IMG/VR virus record: IMGVR_UViG_2923682817_000001
Location: 1 to 64,000 of that record
Origin: a virus
Lineage: Duplodnaviria > Caudoviricetes
Reading direction: 5' to 3' (one strand)
DNA: 64,000 nucleotides
The translations under genes were made by a program, and so were the position numbers. Positions within the stretch are counted from its first letter, which is position 1, and the number at the start of each line of letters is the position of its first letter. The notes under the pieces were generated by a model that ran no database searches, had not been told where the DNA came from, and was given only the letters and a program-made list of their open reading frames with translations. This document shows, piece by piece, positions 1-8,841 of this stretch.

Positions 1-483
1 CAACCTCAACCAGTCCAGGTCGGAGACACCAGGCTGCAGCAGGTAGGGGTGTATGCGGGTCGTCTTGTGGACCACCGCGGACAGGCCGTAGTCCTCGGCG
101 ATTTTCAACGCGATACCGCTATCGGTGATCTTGCGCCAGTCCTTGGTCCGCTGGGTCTCCATCGCGTGGCCGGTGCCGGCCAGCACGTAGGAGACGGCCT
201 CCATGCCCGGCCCCTCGGGGTGGTCGTGGTCGGGCCGCGAGTGGTGGACATAGCCCCACCAGGTCCGCAGCTGCGCCGGCGCGATCCCCCACTGGACCTC
301 TACCGGCGTGCCGGCGGCCGGCAGCTGCGGCCGGTAGCGCATCGGCAGCGCCTCGGGGTACAGCGCCCGCACGGTGGCCACGGTGTTGTGGGAGACGGCC
401 CGCTCGAAGGAGACCGAGAACGGTGCCGGCGACAGTTTGCGGCCGGCGAACCGCACCTCATAGTGAACGCGCAGGTCAGACAT
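1..483 (-). CDS. Baseplate hub (gpD/VgrG-like) protein, runs off the window start
   Basis: Not in the ORF track; read by hand from ATG 483, overlapping the LysM gene stop: MSDLRVHYEVRF...KITDSGIALKIAEDYGL...LLQPGVSDLDWLRL. Position follows the LysM gene. Confidence 0.65.
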   Translation of the reverse strand, partial: MSDLRVHYEVRFAGRKLSPAPFSVSFERAVSHNTVATVRALYPEALPMRYRPQLPAAGTPVEVQWGIAPAQLRTWWGYVHHSRPDHDHPEGPGMEAVSYVLAGTGHAMETQRTKDWRKITDSGIALKIAEDYGLSAVVHKTTRIHPYLLQPGVSDLDWLRL

Positions 484-739
484 ACTGCACCCGGATGACC
501 GTGCCGGGCTTCAACGTCCCCCAGTACAGGATTTCGGGGTTGACGTCGGCGATCTCCGACCACAGCCGGGCATCTCCCCAGTACTTGGCGGCGATCAGGT
601 CGACGCGCTCGCCGGCCTCGTCCACCTGGTGGAAGGTGAAGGAGAAGGCCCGCGCCGGGTTGGGCCGCAGCGGTATGCACCGCGTCAGCTTGCCCCGGTA
701 GGTCGTCATCTGGGGCGCCATGGTGTCGTAGCGGCTCAT
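476..739 (-). CDS. LysM/tail-X-like baseplate protein
   Basis: GERVDLIAAKYWGDARLWSEIADVNP...LKPGTVIRV is LysM-like; GGAGG lies before ATG 739. Confidence 0.8.
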   Translation of the reverse strand: MSRYDTMAPQMTTYRGKLTRCIPLRPNPARAFSFTFHQVDEAGERVDLIAAKYWGDARLWSEIADVNPEILYWGTLKPGTVIRVQYV

Positions 740-741
740 CG

Positions 742-1593
742 CTACCTCCAGACCGTCGGGTAGGGGCTGCCGTTGGGCACCCATCGGTTGGGAATGTCTC
801 CCAGGTCGAAATCAGCCGGATCCCAGGTGGCCTTGTCGGACGGGAACTGATACCCGTCAGCCCACGGGCCGGGGCCTTGACCGTTTCCGGTGTCCCACCC
901 CAGGTAATCGTCCAGCGTGCGCACCGGCGGCGGCTGGTACAGCGAACTGGACTTCATGGAGGGAAGCATGTTCGCGCTCATCCGCATTCCCACGCGGATG
1001 GGCACCATGTCTTTGCTGAAATGCGTGTACTCGATCGAAAGGCTGGTCAGGTATCCGTAGTAGGTCAGGCCGCTGCGCTGGTTACCGAAATGGAAATACA
1101 TGGGGATCGGCAACATCGGCCCGGTGTCGAAATTCGACCCTGAGGAGTACATGGCTTCCTCGCCGACCCGATTCATGATTCCGGTCATGGCCAAAGCTGC
1201 CCGCACGTCTCGCCAGGCGCCCTCGTTGTCGCCGTCCATGACCTCATACGTCCGGTCGAACAGCAGGGAGAAGTCCAGGCCCTGCTGCAGCTGGGTGAGC
1301 GGGTCGGCCTGGCCGGAGTCGGTGCGCACGGCCAGCGCAGTGGTCGGCGCGTCCCACTGCATGCCGTAGTTGGTCGAGATCGTCGCGGGGTTATACAGGA
1401 AGTACAGGTAGCGCAAGGCCGGCTTGGTGCCGTCGGCTCCGAACGCCTTGGGGTCGGTGCGGATGTAGCCGCGCTCGGGCGCCACCTCACGGGCGGCGAC
1501 GCCGCGGCCGTAGGAGTCGACAGTGCCGACGGACCCGTAGGTGGTGATCCGTCGGTCGAACGTGCCGTTGCTGTTGGGATTAACGGGCGCCAA
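742..1593 (-). CDS. Contractile-tail tube initiator / baseplate protein
   Basis: FLYNPATIS...FSLLFDRT...YGYLTSLSIEYTHF pattern; lies between the tape measure and LysM genes. Confidence 0.65.
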   Translation of the reverse strand: MAPVNPNSNGTFDRRITTYGSVGTVDSYGRGVAAREVAPERGYIRTDPKAFGADGTKPALRYLYFLYNPATISTNYGMQWDAPTTALAVRTDSGQADPLTQLQQGLDFSLLFDRTYEVMDGDNEGAWRDVRAALAMTGIMNRVGEEAMYSSGSNFDTGPMLPIPMYFHFGNQRSGLTYYGYLTSLSIEYTHFSKDMVPIRVGMRMSANMLPSMKSSSLYQPPPVRTLDDYLGWDTGNGQGPGPWADGYQFPSDKATWDPADFDLGDIPNRWVPNGSPYPTVWR

Positions 1594-4500
1594 TGGTCTT
1601 TACTCCTCCGCGTGCGATCTGCTGATACAGCTCCTTGCGTTCCAGTTCCTTGATGAAGGCCGACGCGGCGCTCTTACCGGTCTCCGGGGAGGTGCCGGCG
1701 CCGAAGGTGAGCACGACGGATCCGGGGCCGAAGTTGAGCGTCACCCCGCCCGTGCCGGGCGCCCCGGTCGACGACGTGCCGCCGTTGCCGGTCACCGCGC
1801 CGCCGAGGTTCTGCTGGATCAGGGCGTCACGGATCGTCTGGGCCTGGGCGGACGGGATGATCATTTCGCCCTTGTGGACGACGGCTTCCTGGTCGTCGGG
1901 CACCTGCCAGGCGCCGGAGTCGTACCACCCCTTGGCCACGCTGTGCGCCCAGGCCTTGGTCGGGCTGCCATAGCGGTCCTTGATGTAGCCCATGCCCCAC
2001 TTGATCTGGGTGGCCGGGTTGACCCGCCAGTCCTCCCCCGCGCTGGACATCTTCCAGGCGGGCAGCGCTTGGGGGATGCCGTAGGCGTCGGAGCCGTCGT
2101 TGTCAGCCCACTCGCTCCAGCCGCTTTCCTTGGTCCAGAGCTTCTCCAGCGGCGACCACTCCTTGTCGCTCCAGCCCTGCGCCTTGAGCATCCGCTTGGC
2201 CAGGCCCTTGTTTCGGCCGGTGTTGGCGGCCGGGTGGCCGGCCGGGGCGTAGTTCAGCGTCAGGTCGCCGCCGAAGCCGAGCTTGTTGCCCGCCCGGGTC
2301 AGGGAGGGATCCCCGCGGCGCTTGGCGTGACGGTCGGGGTTGACGGGGGCGTCCTTCAACCCTCCCAGCCGCTTTTTGTCCTTGGAGCTCAGCGCCGTGG
2401 AGACCTCGGAGTCCTTACCGCTGGGCTCCTGGCGAGTGCCGCGCAGCTCCTGCGGCAGTTCCTCCTCTGAGGTGGCTGCGTCGCCGGCCGCGCCGCTGAC
2501 CACACCACCGCCACCACCCCCGCCGCCGCCGCCGGCCAGGATGCCCGCCAGTGCCGACAGTTCGCTGGTGGAGTAGGCCGCGGCGTTGGGCGAGCCGAGC
2601 CCCATCGAACCGCCGCCACCGCCTCCCCCGCCGCCGCTGTAGCCGGCGGTGCTCGCGGTGGAGCCGGAGGAGTCCGCGGAGTCCGCGGAGTCCGTGGCCG
2701 CGGTGGCGACGTCGCCTCCCCCGCCGTCTGGGCTGGTCTCCTTGGTCGCCTTACCCCGCTTTGATCCGGAGCCGACGATGCGCCGCGCGTCGTCCCAGTC
2801 TCCGCGGCGGAACTGCTGGATCTGGATGGTGTTGCCGTTCTTGCCCTGCGAGCTCGTGCCGACGGTTTTGCCGTTGCCGATGTACATCTCGGTGTGCTCG
2901 GCCGCACCGGAGGCCGCCCCGGGCTTGCCGCGCGCCCACAGCAGGATGTCGCCGGGCTGCAGATCGTCCCAGTCGACGTGCTCACCCTGGGACCACATGT
3001 TGGTCGTGATCGGACCGACCTTGTAGCCCAGCTGCGAATACACCCGGGACACGAAACTGGAGCAGTCGAAATAACCGTCCTCGTCGCGGTACCGCATCGA
3101 GTACTTGTACTTGCGGCTGCCGGTGGCGTAGCTGGTGGCCAGGCTGGCCAGCCGCTTTTGCTGGGCCTCAATGTCGCTGCTGCCGGCCCCGCCACCCGGG
3201 GGAAGGCCACCGGACAGCACCGGAGCCGAGGCGCCGCCGGCCGGAGCGTCACCCTGGGAGAGCATGTACGACTGGCCGTTGATCATCATCTGCTGGGGCA
3301 TGTCGCCGGCGCCGGAGAACCCGGCGGCCATGCCCTTGAAGAAGTTCTTGATGTCGCCGATGATCGGCGCGTTGACGAAGGCGGCGACCGCCTCGGAGAA
3401 GGTGTGCATGGCGCTGGAGGAGGTATCCAGGGCGTCCATGTACTCTTCGTTGCCGGTCAGCTCCGAGGCGCGCGACTTGGCGTTGGCCCGCTCCTGGACC
3501 TTGGAGAACTGGTCCTTGATGCCGTACTTGGTGTCATTGATCTTGCGGAATTTGTCGTACTTGTCGCCGGCCAGGTTCGACTTGGACTGGACCTCGTCGA
3601 AGTCCTTGGTGTCCTTACCCTGGGCCGTGGCGCGGTTGTAGCCGGCCAGGTAGGGCAGCATGGCCTGCGCGCCTTCCTCACCGACGATCATCCGCAGGTT
3701 TTCCAGGCCGACGCCGCCTTCGCGGAAGTCGTCAGAGAAAACGTTCTCGGGAACGGCTTTGCGGCCCTGGTAGATGCGCTTGAGGAAGGCGGAGTAGAAC
3801 GCCGCATTGCCCTTGTAGGAGCCGTCGGAGGCCACCGGGTCTGGCAGGCCCATCAGCATCATGTTGAGCCTGTTGGAGGGCTTCATCATGTTGCCGACCA
3901 GCTGCGTGCTCTTGGACCAGCCCATGCCGACGTTGGCGTAGCCCAGGCCCGCGGCGGCGTTCTTCAGCGCGTCGTAGCGCTTTTGCCCGGAGTTGCTGTT
4001 CATCCCGCCGGAGTAGGCCGCGGCCACGCTCCAGCCGCCCATCGCATCCTGGGCGTTCTGTACCGACGCCTGGGCGTTGATCCCGATGCCGCCGTAGGTT
4101 GCGGGGGTGGTGCGCGAGGCGCCGAGCACGCTGCTTAGGACGCCGTTTCGGTCGACCTGGCTTTGGGTGTGGGAGCCGTAGGTGTTGAGCAGGTTGTTGT
4201 GGGCGCCGATGCCGACCTGAGCGTCCATCTGATCGACACCGCGCTGTGCGGCGATGCCGGCGCCCCAGCGCAGCGTGTTGAGGCCGGCTTCCATCCGGTT
4301 GTACTGGGTGCCCCAGGACTTGGGGGTGGTGCCGGACACCGCGGCCATGGTGCGCGCGAAGTAGCCCGGTCCGTGGCCGCCAGCCGGCGCCGCGCCGGCG
4401 GCCATGCCGCCGAAGGTTGATCCGCCGCCGTTGGTGCCGTAGGAGTGTCCGCCGGTCGGGGTGCGAGCTCCGCCCCGCGGGGTCTGGCCGCCGGCCTGCT

Positions 4501-4789
4501 GGGGGCCGTGCTGGTTTGTCCCAGGCAGGCCGGAGCCGGCCACCATGTTGTTGAGCTTGGCCCAGACCGACCCGGCCGGACCGCTGCCGTTACCCGCCCG
4601 GACGCCGCCGGAGTTGCCCAGCGCGGCCGACAGGCCATTGAGCGCCTTGGTCAGCTGGCCGAGCTCGGTCACCAACTTCTTGTGGTCGCCGGAGATGAGG
4701 GAGGTCGCGTGGGCGAATTTCTCGGTGGCGTCCTGCAGCGGCTTGAGACCGAGCATGGGTGACTGCCCGTCGGGCGGGTTGGTGCTCAC
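1580..4789 (-). CDS. Tape measure protein with NlpC/P60 and lytic transglycosylase domains
   Basis: 1069 aa, G/A-rich; FDCSSFV...HTEMYIG (NlpC/P60 Cys-His); LWTKESGW...AYGIPQALP...YIKDRYGSP (SLT-like). Confidence 0.85.
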   Translation of the reverse strand: MSTNPPDGQSPMLGLKPLQDATEKFAHATSLISGDHKKLVTELGQLTKALNGLSAALGNSGGVRAGNGSGPAGSVWAKLNNMVAGSGLPGTNQHGPQQAGGQTPRGGARTPTGGHSYGTNGGGSTFGGMAAGAAPAGGHGPGYFARTMAAVSGTTPKSWGTQYNRMEAGLNTLRWGAGIAAQRGVDQMDAQVGIGAHNNLLNTYGSHTQSQVDRNGVLSSVLGASRTTPATYGGIGINAQASVQNAQDAMGGWSVAAAYSGGMNSNSGQKRYDALKNAAAGLGYANVGMGWSKSTQLVGNMMKPSNRLNMMLMGLPDPVASDGSYKGNAAFYSAFLKRIYQGRKAVPENVFSDDFREGGVGLENLRMIVGEEGAQAMLPYLAGYNRATAQGKDTKDFDEVQSKSNLAGDKYDKFRKINDTKYGIKDQFSKVQERANAKSRASELTGNEEYMDALDTSSSAMHTFSEAVAAFVNAPIIGDIKNFFKGMAAGFSGAGDMPQQMMINGQSYMLSQGDAPAGGASAPVLSGGLPPGGGAGSSDIEAQQKRLASLATSYATGSRKYKYSMRYRDEDGYFDCSSFVSRVYSQLGYKVGPITTNMWSQGEHVDWDDLQPGDILLWARGKPGAASGAAEHTEMYIGNGKTVGTSSQGKNGNTIQIQQFRRGDWDDARRIVGSGSKRGKATKETSPDGGGGDVATAATDSADSADSSGSTASTAGYSGGGGGGGGGSMGLGSPNAAAYSTSELSALAGILAGGGGGGGGGGVVSGAAGDAATSEEELPQELRGTRQEPSGKDSEVSTALSSKDKKRLGGLKDAPVNPDRHAKRRGDPSLTRAGNKLGFGGDLTLNYAPAGHPAANTGRNKGLAKRMLKAQGWSDKEWSPLEKLWTKESGWSEWADNDGSDAYGIPQALPAWKMSSAGEDWRVNPATQIKWGMGYIKDRYGSPTKAWAHSVAKGWYDSGAWQVPDDQEAVVHKGEMIIPSAQAQTIRDALIQQNLGGAVTGNGGTSSTGAPGTGGVTLNFGPGSVVLTFGAGTSPETGKSAASAFIKELERKELYQQIARGGVKTIGAR

Positions 4790-4950
4790 AGGGTGGCCAG
4801 ACTCCTTCGTTGGGCGCGTTCAGAGGCGCGGTGCAGGAAGAACCTGCGTTCGGCAGCCGTCAGGGCGCGGGCGTCGGCGAGAGTCCATCCGGTGAAGCTC
4901 AAAATGATCAGCTCGTAGGCGTCGAACAGCAGGTCTCGATCAATCGCGAA
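4786..4950 (-). CDS. Tail assembly chaperone C-terminal extension (no own start; probable frameshift product)
   Basis: Frame FAIDRDLLFDAYELI...GWTLADARALTAAERRFFL overlaps the end of the chaperone gene and is coupled to the tape-measure start (GTGA). Confidence 0.6.
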   Translation of the reverse strand, partial: FAIDRDLLFDAYELIILSFTGWTLADARALTAAERRFFLHRASERAQRRSLATL

Positions 4951-5920
4951 ACAGCACGTCGAGAGACAGCGGTACCTCCGTCTCCTGCTCGCACTCCGGG
5001 CAGGTGACCGTGGCGTCTTCCTGGCGGGGGCCGGGCCGCTGGTCTTCCAGGGCGCGCAGGATGGCCGAGCGGTCGGGCATCGACATTGAGCGCGCGATGT
5101 CGAGCGCCTCCCCATTGGGCAGTCGGATCCCCGCGCCGTGGGCGTCGGTCAGAGAGGTGAGGGTCCGGGCCAGCAGGATCGTGTCCTGCTCGGCGCGGTT
5201 GATCTGGCGGTCGCGGATGGCCGCGAGGATGGCCTTGGTGTCGGCGCCGGTGGCGAAACGGGCCTGGGCTCGGCCGCCCCTGCGCAGTGCAACGGAAACC
5301 ACCGCGGGGACCGTCTCGTCAAGGCTGGTGGTGGGGACGTCGTCCAGGTCGTAGCGGAGCTCGAAGTCCTTGCTGCAGCGCTGGCAGCGCAGCTTCTCGA
5401 AGTGGATTTCGGAGCCGTAGGTGGCCGTGCGGATGGCCAGCAGCAGCGCGTCCCGCACACCGACGGGCAAGTTCTCCAGGTCCGCCGGCGAGGGCTTGGT
5501 GTCGCCGAGAGCGACTACGCCGCGCTGCAGCAGGGTCTCGGGCATTCGCTCGGGGATCCCGGAGTTGGCGGCGCGGGCCAGCTCCTCCTCGTCGTATCCG
5601 GTGAGCTCGCGCACGCGGCCCGTTCGCACCAGGACGCCGTTGAAGACGACGGGGACGGGCAGGGTGATGGTGTCGGGGGCCGGCGCCCCGATGGTGGTGT
5701 GGTTGATGGAGGAGGACATCACCGCCGCGACGTCGGAGACGACGCCGGGGTTTTCGGCCGGGTGCTGGGCGTCCGCCATGGGGTCGTACGGCGCGGGGGC
5801 CATCGGGTCGAACACCGCGGGCTGCGGGAGCGGGGGCAGGCTGGGGAAGCCTGCGGGGTCGTTGCGGGGCAGTACCGGAGCGGCCGGGACGATCGGGTCG
5901 TGGATGATCTGGTTGTCCAT
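4940..5920 (-). CDS. Tail/baseplate-hub assembly chaperone with two CxxC motifs
   Basis: Between tube and tape measure; VRELTGYDEE, CQRC and CPEC motifs. Confidence 0.75.
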   Translation of the reverse strand: MDNQIIHDPIVPAAPVLPRNDPAGFPSLPPLPQPAVFDPMAPAPYDPMADAQHPAENPGVVSDVAAVMSSSINHTTIGAPAPDTITLPVPVVFNGVLVRTGRVRELTGYDEEELARAANSGIPERMPETLLQRGVVALGDTKPSPADLENLPVGVRDALLLAIRTATYGSEIHFEKLRCQRCSKDFELRYDLDDVPTTSLDETVPAVVSVALRRGGRAQARFATGADTKAILAAIRDRQINRAEQDTILLARTLTSLTDAHGAGIRLPNGEALDIARSMSMPDRSAILRALEDQRPGPRQEDATVTCPECEQETEVPLSLDVLFRD

Positions 5921-5986
5921 GGGGGTGTCCTTGTCGGGGTTGTCCCGGCCGCCTGAGCGACCGGTTTGGAACGGTCCAAATTGCGT

Positions 5987-6535
5987 TTAGAGAACGACGC
6001 CGGTACCAGAGATGTCCGGGTTGAGCTTGAAGTACCAACCCTCGTGGGCCAGCGACATCTGGTTGATCGAAATACTGTTGGCGCCGGCGTCAAGATCACT
6101 GAACGCAACCGACGTGGGCCATGCATTCAGAAGACGCCAACCGGCAAGCGCGATCGGGTCGGGACCAGGCCACGGGTGAGCCAGAAGATAAATGTCGATG
6201 TTCATCCGGAAATCCGGAATCTTCGACCCGGCAGAACCCTGAAGGGCGTCGAACAGGTCATTCATCCAAAGCATCATCGCCGGCTCGCCGACCATGAGGC
6301 CGCGCGACATCGACACCGGAGAGAAATCGCTCTGACCAGGCATTTTCCGCGTGGTCGTGTTCATCCCGCCCTCGCGGTACGGAATTACCTCCGTGGTCAT
6401 GGAAAGGCCGGAGACGTTCATGAAGCCGGCCTGGCCAAACTTATAGCGGTCGCCTGTACCGGCGCCGCCGAAAACGACCTTGAATCGGAAAGACCGCAGC
6501 GGGTCTTCCTTCAGTCGGGTGGCCTGAGTAGCCAT
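5987..6535 (-). CDS. Tail tube protein (T4 gp19-like)
   Basis: DPLRSFRFKV, GF..VSGL, YREGG, KMPG, AWPT motifs; follows the sheath gene. Confidence 0.92.
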   Translation of the reverse strand: MATQATRLKEDPLRSFRFKVVFGGAGTGDRYKFGQAGFMNVSGLSMTTEVIPYREGGMNTTTRKMPGQSDFSPVSMSRGLMVGEPAMMLWMNDLFDALQGSAGSKIPDFRMNIDIYLLAHPWPGPDPIALAGWRLLNAWPTSVAFSDLDAGANSISINQMSLAHEGWYFKLNPDISGTGVVL

Positions 6536-6558
6536 AGGGGGAACCTACCTCCGGGGGT

Positions 6559-8103
6559 TTAGAAAATGGCTTCCTCGTTGGTGTCAGTGCCACCGTCGAA
6601 TTGCCCGATTTTGATGACCACAAATTCGGCCGGATACCTCAGGGCAACCCCGATATCGACGTTCACCCGGCCTGCGTTGATTTCGCTCTGCGGGTTGTTG
6701 TCGCCGTCACAGCGGACGAAGAAGGCCTCGGAATCCGACTTGCCCTGGAGCATTCCGGCCTTGCGCAGCATCGACAGGTAGTGAGTGATCGACAGCCGCA
6801 GCCGGTCCCACAGATCGGGGCCGTTCGGCTCGAACACCGCCCACCGCGACTGGTCGGACAGGGACTTGCGCAGGTAGATGAGGAACCGGCGGACGGGAAC
6901 GTACTTGTCCGGAAGCTCCCGCTTCAGCGTCCTTGAGCCGAAAATGCAGTGGCCGTAGCCGGGGATCATCCGAATGACGTTGATGTGCGCGTCGCCCAGG
7001 ATGTCCAGCTCGGGCTCAGTGAAGCGCGCCTCCGCGGAGAGGACGTTGGCCAGAACCGTCTCGATGCCGGCCGGCGCCTTGGCCACGTGCCGGAAAACAT
7101 CGGTCTTGGCCATCTGGCCGATCACCGCGCCGCCCGGGGGAAGCAGCCGCACCGCACCGAACATCGAGCTCGCGGGATCCGAGCACATCAGCCACGGCCC
7201 GTACACACCCGCGTAGGAGTTGGCCAGCAGCGAGGTCGGACCCTCCACCAGCGCCTGGTAGCCCTGCATCACCTGCGCACTGGTCGCGCCCTCGGCCGCC
7301 CGTGGGCCGTCGATGACCACGAACACGCGGCCGTTCTTGGAGGCCCAGTCGACGATCGGGTTGATGATGTTGGGGTCAGAGATCGCCGGCAGATTGAGAT
7401 CGAACGTCGCGCCCGGCACGTCGGCCAGCAGCTTGGTGTTCTCCACATAGTCATACGGGCCGGTGCCGTCGGCGCCGCCGGTCAGGGTGACCGACTGAGC
7501 CGGGATGATGTCCTTGACCTCGTCGTAGACGTAGGCTTCGGTGATCTTCTTGTTGGTCAGCTTCACCAGCAGCGATCCCGCGTACGGCGAGTTGACGATG
7601 GAGATGACGTAACGCGGGTCGTTGGGGTCGCTCGACATGTCGCCGAACCGCTCGGCTACCCGGCCGTCGTCGATCACCTGCAGATCGAACCGGCCCCGCG
7701 TCGCGCCGGTCGGGAGGATCCGCACGCTCGTGGTGTTGGACCACGATCCCTCGGCCAGGGCGGTCACCTGGAAACCGGCCAGCGGGGTGCCCGTGGTCGA
7801 GTCCATCAGATCTGCCTTGGCCGCCACGGCGTCAGAACGGGTCGTACGCACGATGAAGCACGAGCCGCCGCCGTTGGAGAAAAAGGTGTAAACCGCGTAC
7901 GGCAGATAGGACCCGTTCGAGCCGGAAAAGCCGCCGAACAGGTTGACGTACTGCGCCCAGGACCGAACCCGGGTCGGGATGGTCGGCCCCTTGGGAGCCA
8001 GGCCCACGAATGCGCCGATCGCACGCGAAGCAGATCCGTCGCCACGATTCGCGGGCGCCAGATTCTCTTCGACGTAAACTCCGGGCGTCAAGTAGGTTGC
8101 CAA
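6559..8103 (-). CDS. Tail sheath protein
   Basis: TPGVYVEE, AFVGLAPKGP, KAPAG, YVPVRR, VFEPN, FFVRCD, PAEFVVI motifs. Confidence 0.95.
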   Translation of the reverse strand: MATYLTPGVYVEENLAPANRGDGSASRAIGAFVGLAPKGPTIPTRVRSWAQYVNLFGGFSGSNGSYLPYAVYTFFSNGGGSCFIVRTTRSDAVAAKADLMDSTTGTPLAGFQVTALAEGSWSNTTSVRILPTGATRGRFDLQVIDDGRVAERFGDMSSDPNDPRYVISIVNSPYAGSLLVKLTNKKITEAYVYDEVKDIIPAQSVTLTGGADGTGPYDYVENTKLLADVPGATFDLNLPAISDPNIINPIVDWASKNGRVFVVIDGPRAAEGATSAQVMQGYQALVEGPTSLLANSYAGVYGPWLMCSDPASSMFGAVRLLPPGGAVIGQMAKTDVFRHVAKAPAGIETVLANVLSAEARFTEPELDILGDAHINVIRMIPGYGHCIFGSRTLKRELPDKYVPVRRFLIYLRKSLSDQSRWAVFEPNGPDLWDRLRLSITHYLSMLRKAGMLQGKSDSEAFFVRCDGDNNPQSEINAGRVNVDIGVALRYPAEFVVIKIGQFDGGTDTNEEAIF

Positions 8104-8112
8104 GAAAAACTC

Positions 8113-8757
8113 CTAGACTTCAGGTGCGGTGAAGGACCCGACGACGGCCCCGTCACGGTCGGACTGGTAATCGAAATCGTTGATTTTCCCGGTGACCTTC
8201 TCGACCGCCTCGAAGCGCTTGACCTCATACGGCGAGAATTCGGTGAACACCCGTACGACGTAGTTGACGGAGAACAGGCGCTTTCCGTGAGAGTCGACCT
8301 GGGAAGAAAGCTCAGGGCCGCCCAGCAAATCCAGGCTGGCGATGACGCCCATGGGCTCGATGTGGATGTAGCCGCCGCGCTCGGGGAGCAGGTCTCCGCG
8401 GGCCAGGCGTGCCATGAGCTCGCTCTGCTGCGCCTGCAGCCGCGTAAGTACGCTGACCTGGTAGTCGATGTTGTAAGGGATGGGCCGGTCGCCGTAGTAG
8501 CCCCACCGGTCATCCGGACCGGGCATGGGCCGGCCCTCTTGGATGTAGCGGAAATCGGTGAACCCGCGGCGCTCTCGATCCGACGCCCTAGTCACAGCGG
8601 TGCGCGTAAGAACAATGACGGGATATGTCATTGACGTGTTTTCCGGCTCAGGGGTTGTGAAACGCGCCGGAACAGTCGCCGGACCTGCAGCCGAGGACGC
8701 CTGAATGCCGGACAGCTTCGCCTTGATGGCGGCGTCCTCATTCAAAATCCACGGCAT
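8113..8757 (-). CDS. Tail terminator / neck protein
   Basis: Directly upstream of the sheath gene; PIPYNIDYQVS motif; mainly synteny. Confidence 0.6.
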   Translation of the reverse strand: MPWILNEDAAIKAKLSGIQASSAAGPATVPARFTTPEPENTSMTYPVIVLTRTAVTRASDRERRGFTDFRYIQEGRPMPGPDDRWGYYGDRPIPYNIDYQVSVLTRLQAQQSELMARLARGDLLPERGGYIHIEPMGVIASLDLLGGPELSSQVDSHGKRLFSVNYVVRVFTEFSPYEVKRFEAVEKVTGKINDFDYQSDRDGAVVGSFTAPEV

Positions 8758-8841
8758 CGGATCACCTAAACCTGAAAGGAATCAATCGTCACATTTCAGG
8801 GTAGGGCGGAGCCGCTTTCAAATGGTAAAACCAGTTGGTCG

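Noticed and set aside
2500-2725. GCC/CCG microsatellite-like runs
   Set aside because: They encode poly-Gly and DSA linkers of the tape measure in a single frame.
6949-8634. Long + strand ORFs (also 2894-4138, 28029-29750, 42097-44082, 45607-47259, 47814-49232)
   Set aside because: Antisense shadows of well-supported minus-strand genes, common in high-GC DNA; no recognisable motifs.
1-8757. Standalone extracellular contractile injection system
   Set aside because: Capsid, scaffold, portal and terminase genes are in the same operon, so this is a phage tail.
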